Assembly (NCBI GenBank): GCA_963750165.1 | Contig: CAVVPN010000004.1 | Span: forward strand, 672,001-736,000 | Length of the DNA: 64,000 nucleotides | Source: an uncultured Gemmataceae bacterium | Lineage (GTDB): Bacteria; Planctomycetota; Planctomycetia; Gemmatales; Gemmataceae | Reading direction: 5' to 3' | Translations under genes and position numbers: made by a program | Shown: positions 59,612 through 64,000 of the stretch, piece after piece | Position numbering within the stretch: the stretch's first letter is position 1 | Layout: each line of letters opens with the position of its first letter | Notes under the pieces: generated by a model | The model's input: the letters and a program-made list of their open reading frames with translations, nothing else | Databases searched by the model: none | What the model was told of the DNA's origin: nothing

Positions 59612-61177
59612 ATGCCACGCATCCACATCTACGACACGACCCTGCGCGACGGCAGCCAGGGTGAGGGCGTCAACTTTTCGCTGCAGGACAAACTGCGCCT
59701 CACGCAGCGCCTGGACGAACTGGGCATCGACTTCATCGAGGGCGGCTATCCGCTGTCGAACCCCAAGGATTTCGAGTACTTCCAGCAGGTGCGCACGCTG
59801 ACGCTCAGGCACGCCCGGGTCGCCGCCTTCGGCATGACGCGCCGCAAGAACGCTCGCGCCGAGGACGACACCTGTCTCAAGGCCCTGCTCGACGCCCAGA
59901 CCAACCTCGTCACCCTGGTCGGCAAGACCTGGGACATGCAGGTGCATGAGGTGCTGGGCGCGTCGCTGGAGGAGAACCTGCGCATGATCGGCGACTCCAT
60001 CGAGTTCTGCCGCCGCCAGGGGCGCGAGGTGTTTTACGACGCGGAGCACTTCTTCGACGGCTACAAGCACAACCCGGAGTACGCGCTGCAGACGCTGCGC
60101 ACCGCTGCCGACGCCCGTGCCAGCGTGCTGATCCTGTGCGATACCAACGGCGGCACCCTGCCGGAGGAAATCGCGGCCGCGGTCGCCGCGGTACGGCGGG
60201 CGCTGCCGCGCGCCGAGTTGGGCATCCACTGCCACAACGACTGCGACGTGGCCGTCGCCAACTCGCTGGCCGCGGTCGCGCACGGCGCCACGCAGGTGCA
60301 GGGTACGATCAACGGCATTGGCGAGCGCTGCGGCAACGCCGACCTCATCAGCGTGATCGCCAACCTGGCGCTGAAGCGCGGCCATGACGTGCTGCGGCCG
60401 GACAGCCTGCCGCACTTGACGGAGGTGTCGCGCTTCGTTTACGAGACGGCGAACATGAATTTCCGCAACAGCCAGCCGTTCGTCGGGGCGAGCGCCTTCG
60501 CGCACAAGGGGGGCATGCACGCCCATGCGGTGGCGCGGGTCACGGCCAGCTACGAACACATCGATCCGCGGCTGGTCGGCAACGAGCGTCGCATCCTGGT
60601 CAGCGAACTGTCGGGGCAGGCGAGCATTTTGAGCAAGACGGCCAAATACGGTCTGGCGGGCGACAAGGCGCTGACGGTCCAGGTGTTGCAGCGCGTGCAG
60701 GACCTGGAGCACGCGGGCTACGAGTTCGAGGCGGCGGAGGCGTCGTTTGATCTGCTGGTGCAGAAGGTGGCGGGAGTGTTTCGGCCGAAGTTCGAGCGGC
60801 TGGCGTACCACGTGGACGTGGGCACGGGGCCGGACGGCAAGCCGGTCAGCGAGGCGACGGTGAAGGTGCGGGTCGGCGAGCGGGTGGAGCACACGGTCAG
60901 CGAGGGTGACGGCCCGGTGAACGCGCTGGATAGTGCGTTGCGCAAGGCGCTGGCGCCATTCTTCCCACGGCTGGCGGAGATGCACCTGAGCGACTACAAG
61001 GTGCGTGTGGTCAACGCCCGGGCGGACACGGCGGCGCGGGTGCGCGTGGTGATCGAGTGGCGCGACGGCGATGCGCTGTGGGGGACGGTGGGCGTCAGTG
61101 AGAACATCATTGAGGCGAGCTGGCTGGCGCTGGTGGACGCGGCGGAGTACAAGCTGTTCAAGGACGAGGGCGTTTGA
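59612..61177 (+). CDS. cimA: Citramalate synthase (LeuA/CimA DRE-TIM family)
   Basis: YDTTLRDGSQGEG, EGGYPLSNPKD, YDAEHFFDG, HCHND, GERCGNA, SAFAHKGGMH and EGDGPVNALD (LeuA allosteric domain). Confidence 0.9.
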   Translation: MPRIHIYDTTLRDGSQGEGVNFSLQDKLRLTQRLDELGIDFIEGGYPLSNPKDFEYFQQVRTLTLRHARVAAFGMTRRKNARAEDDTCLKALLDAQTNLVTLVGKTWDMQVHEVLGASLEENLRMIGDSIEFCRRQGREVFYDAEHFFDGYKHNPEYALQTLRTAADARASVLILCDTNGGTLPEEIAAAVAAVRRALPRAELGIHCHNDCDVAVANSLAAVAHGATQVQGTINGIGERCGNADLISVIANLALKRGHDVLRPDSLPHLTEVSRFVYETANMNFRNSQPFVGASAFAHKGGMHAHAVARVTASYEHIDPRLVGNERRILVSELSGQASILSKTAKYGLAGDKALTVQVLQRVQDLEHAGYEFEAAEASFDLLVQKVAGVFRPKFERLAYHVDVGTGPDGKPVSEATVKVRVGERVEHTVSEGDGPVNALDSALRKALAPFFPRLAEMHLSDYKVRVVNARADTAARVRVVIEWRDGDALWGTVGVSENIIEASWLALVDAAEYKLFKDEGV

Positions 61178-61231
61178 GTTCGGCGTCCCGGTGGGGATCG
61201 ATCCGCCACCGGGACGCCGAACTCAAACGCC
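61169..61231. terminator. Perfect 26-bp inverted repeat between convergent genes (bidirectional terminator or REP-like element)
   Basis: ggcgtttgagttcggcgtcccggtgg (61169-61194) pairs with ccaccgggacgccgaactcaaacgcc (61206-61231); the loop contains the palindrome ggatcgatcc. Confidence 0.65.
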
Positions 61232-61249
61232 ACACCGACACTTTGACGA

Positions 61250-61573
61250 TTACAGGTTTTTCCGGAAGATGCCCTTCACCTTGTTGTCCAGGAAGGTGAC
61301 GGTCAAGTTCTTGTCATCACTGCCCCAGCGGACGATCTTCATGTTATCCGGGATGGGGATGTCCTGGCCGGAAGCCTTCTTGAAATCTTCCTTGGTGAGT
61401 TCCGTCCCCTTGCCCAGGATTTTCTCCACATCTTCCTTGCTCATATCGGTCTTGATTTTGTCGGCGTTTTCCTTGCTCGGAGCCCCTCCACCGCAGCCCA
61501 CCAGGAACGCGGCGCAGAACACGAACGCCAGGATCATCAACCCCAGATGCCGCATACGGATTGAACCTGTCAC
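61250..61573 (-). CDS. Small lipoprotein (SmpA/BamE- or DUF3862-like motif)
   Basis: GAGGAGG RBS 7 nt before GTG 61573 (alternative ATG 61555); hydrophobic signal with lipobox LVG-C; KENADKIKTDMSKEDVEKILG. Confidence 0.75.
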   Translation of the reverse strand: MTGSIRMRHLGLMILAFVFCAAFLVGCGGGAPSKENADKIKTDMSKEDVEKILGKGTELTKEDFKKASGQDIPIPDNMKIVRWGSDDKNLTVTFLDNKVKGIFRKNL

Positions 61574-61861
61574 AATCTTTCCTCCTCTAAAGAATGAACT
61601 GGTGCCGAACGTCCGTGGACGGGACGGCGGCGAAGGCGGTATGACCAGTGCTGGTCTTGCCGGCGCCCCCATCGGGGCTGCGAGTAGCCCTGGACCCTGG
61701 GAGCGGCTCTAGTCCTTCAGACACCACGGCCCCGCGGTTGGACCGCGGTCAACCACGTTGTAGCAGGCGGCTTGCGCACCGACCAGCGCCGGCTAGTCGC
61801 AATCTGGCGAAAAGCGGCCCGTTCACGTAAGGTATCCGGGTCGCCCGCAGGAGGAGCCGTC

Positions 61862-62734
61862 ATGAGCGAGGAACGCAACCCCGTCGCGCCGCCGTCCACC
61901 AGCGCCCCGGAGCTGGACCCGTGGCGCTTCGGCTGGCGCTACGTGCCGCAGCAGCAGCCGGACGGGACGGTGGTCCGCGAACAGGTGCCGCTCACCTACG
62001 AGGACGTGTTGCATCCTCAGGAGGGGGATGTCATCGTGGAGACGCCGGTTCACGATCAAACTTGCCTCGACCTGAAGTGCGCCCTGCAGTTGAAACTGGC
62101 TGGACGGTTGGGCTTCGTCGTCTTGCACAGTTGCCGGGTCGATTGGGGCGTGCCGGGGGTCCGAGCCCACGCCCCCGACATCGCTGTGATGGAAAACGTG
62201 GGGGAGTGGGACCAGAATCGCGGGACGTTCTACGTGGCCGAACTGGGAGCCAGGCCGGTGCTGGTGATCGAGGTAACTTCCCCAAGCACGCGGACCCAGG
62301 ACATCGTCACCAAGATGAGCCACTATTACCGCGCCGGCGTGCCCTTTTATGCGATCATGGACCGGGGCCCGACTGGGGAGGAGTTGAGCCCGCTGCTGCT
62401 GGGCTACCGGGCGACCCCAGCAGGATACGCGTGGGTGGATCCGGACGAGCATGGGCGTCTGCCACTCCCCCTGATGAGCCTGTCCCTCGGAGTGGTCGGC
62501 GGCCAACTGGTCGTTTACGACGAGCGGGGGAAGCGGATGGCGTCTTACGTCGAGGTCGCCCTGCGGCTCGAACATGAAGCGCAGCGGGCGGAAAGCGAGG
62601 CCAGGCGGGCGGAGGCAGAGGCCAAACGCGCAGACGACGCAGCCAGGCGGGCGGACGCCGCGGAGGCGGCGCGCGAGCAACTCGAAGCGAAGGTGCGCGA
62701 ACTCGAAGCGCGGATTCAGGCGTCCGGATCGTAG
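61862..62734 (+). CDS. Uma2 family (DUF820) putative endonuclease with C-terminal coiled coil
   Basis: H...APDIAV...PVLVIEVTSPST...K...Y.RAGVP.Y motif; AE/R-rich tail; AGGAGG RBS. Confidence 0.85.
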   Translation: MSEERNPVAPPSTSAPELDPWRFGWRYVPQQQPDGTVVREQVPLTYEDVLHPQEGDVIVETPVHDQTCLDLKCALQLKLAGRLGFVVLHSCRVDWGVPGVRAHAPDIAVMENVGEWDQNRGTFYVAELGARPVLVIEVTSPSTRTQDIVTKMSHYYRAGVPFYAIMDRGPTGEELSPLLLGYRATPAGYAWVDPDEHGRLPLPLMSLSLGVVGGQLVVYDERGKRMASYVEVALRLEHEAQRAESEARRAEAEAKRADDAARRADAAEAAREQLEAKVRELEARIQASGS

Positions 62735-62746
62735 GAGCAATTGTTC

Positions 62747-64000
62747 ATGGCCACCGAACTCCCCAAGCAGTACGACCCGAAAGACGCGCAGCAGCGCTGG
62801 CTGACGTTCTGGGAGGAGCACGGCTACAACCACAGCCGGCCCGACCCGAGCCGCGAGCCGTTCACCATCGTCATCCCGCCGCCGAACGTGACCGGGGCGC
62901 TGCACATGGGCCACGCCCTGAACAACACGCTGCAGGACGTGCTGATCCGCTGGCGGCGGATGCAGGGCCGCAACGCCCTGTACATGCCGGGGACCGACCA
63001 CGCCGGCATCGCCACGCAGGCCGTGGTGGAGCGGCGCATCCGCGACGAGGAGAAGAAGACGCGCCACGACCTCGGCCGTGAGGAACTGGTGCGGCGCATC
63101 TGGCAGTGGAAGGACCAGTACGAGGTCCGCATTCTGCGGCAACTCCGCGAGCTGGGCTGCAGCTGCGACTGGCAGCGGACGCGCTTCACGCTGGACCCGA
63201 TCTGTGCGCGGGCGGTGCGGCACACCTTCTTCCGCATGTTCCGCGACGGTCTGATCTTTCGCGGCAAACGTTTGGTGAACTGGGACGCCCAGCTGCAAAC
63301 GTCGGTGGCCGACGACGAGACATACACCGAGACGGTCAAGGGCGGCTTCTGGACGTTCCGTTACAAGGTGAAAGACAGCGACGCATTCATCCGCTTTTCC
63401 ACAACGCGGCCGGAGACGATGCTCGGCGACACCGCCGTGGCCGTGCATCCGGATGACGAGCGCTACCAGCACCTGATCGGCAAATTCGTGACCATTCCGC
63501 TGGTGAACCGCGACATTCCGATCATCGCGGACGGGCTGCTGGTGGACCCGGCGCTGGGCACCGGCGCCGTGAAGGTGACGCCGGCGCACGACCCGAACGA
63601 CTACGCCTGCGGTCTGCGGCACAAGCTGCCGATGATTAACATCCTCGACCCGGACGGCACCATCAACGCCAACGGTGGCCCCTATGCGGGCATGGAGCGC
63701 TACAAGGCCCGCGAAAAAGTGGTCGAAGACATGGAGCAACTGGGCCTGTTCGAGGGCCGCGAGGATCGCGACATCGAGCTGAAGCATAGCGACCGTAGCA
63801 AGTCGCCGATTGAGCCGTACCTGTCCGATCAATGGTTCGTGAAGATGGGCGACCAGGGCGACCGGCCGGGGCTGGCGCAAACGGCGATGGATGCGGTGAG
63901 CGACGGCCGCGTGCGCTTCTTCCCGGAGCGCTACCGCAAGACGTACCTGGACTGGCTTGGCGAAAAGCGCGACTGGTGCATCAGCCGCCAGCTGTGGTGG
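62747..64000 (+). CDS. valS: Valine--tRNA ligase (5' part, runs off window)
   Basis: MATELPKQYDP..., PPPNVTGALHMGHA, GTDHAGIATQ, TTRPETMLGDTAVAVHP, GTGAVKVTPAHD, RDWCISRQLWW; absent from the ORF track because there is no stop in the window. Confidence 0.96.
   Translation, partial: MATELPKQYDPKDAQQRWLTFWEEHGYNHSRPDPSREPFTIVIPPPNVTGALHMGHALNNTLQDVLIRWRRMQGRNALYMPGTDHAGIATQAVVERRIRDEEKKTRHDLGREELVRRIWQWKDQYEVRILRQLRELGCSCDWQRTRFTLDPICARAVRHTFFRMFRDGLIFRGKRLVNWDAQLQTSVADDETYTETVKGGFWTFRYKVKDSDAFIRFSTTRPETMLGDTAVAVHPDDERYQHLIGKFVTIPLVNRDIPIIADGLLVDPALGTGAVKVTPAHDPNDYACGLRHKLPMINILDPDGTINANGGPYAGMERYKAREKVVEDMEQLGLFEGREDRDIELKHSDRSKSPIEPYLSDQWFVKMGDQGDRPGLAQTAMDAVSDGRVRFFPERYRKTYLDWLGEKRDWCISRQLWW

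Noticed and set aside
59561..63880. Minus-strand ORFs 59561..60985 and 61823..63880
   Set aside because: Antisense shadows of cimA, the Uma2 gene and valS.

Overview
GC-rich bacterial DNA, most likely Planctomycetota of the Gemmataceae type (judged from a planctomycete RxxLExLEDR N-terminal motif, a DUF1559 prepilin-like gene and a 'DxYGDPLP..ARLG' WD40 protein). About 86% of the window (55178 down to <1, minus strand) reads as one giant gene for an extracellular beta-rich repeat protein. It spans >55 kb and >18,300 aa, and no stop codon is reached before the window edge. The ORF track splits it at five small (1-2 nt) frame breaks (~53060, ~43980, ~28867, ~22680, ~2816), but the repeat pattern continues across each one. 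Order from the N-terminus: planctomycete export motif; a PGNSPG/YDQL passenger-like domain; ~39 kb of hierarchical ~110-130 aa 'LPAGP' beta repeats with two kinds of small modules inserted in their loops (some arrays circularly permuted, one module nested in itself); six Ig-like repeats; an RTX-like Gly/Asp region; and an unusual [YH]xxG[ED]P repeat region. The right-hand 9 kb holds a WD40 gene with an in-frame TGA at a WD tryptophan, a DUF1559 gene, cimA, a small lipoprotein, a Uma2 endonuclease and the 5' part of valS, plus REP-like palindromes. All calls come from reading the sequence by eye; no searches were run.
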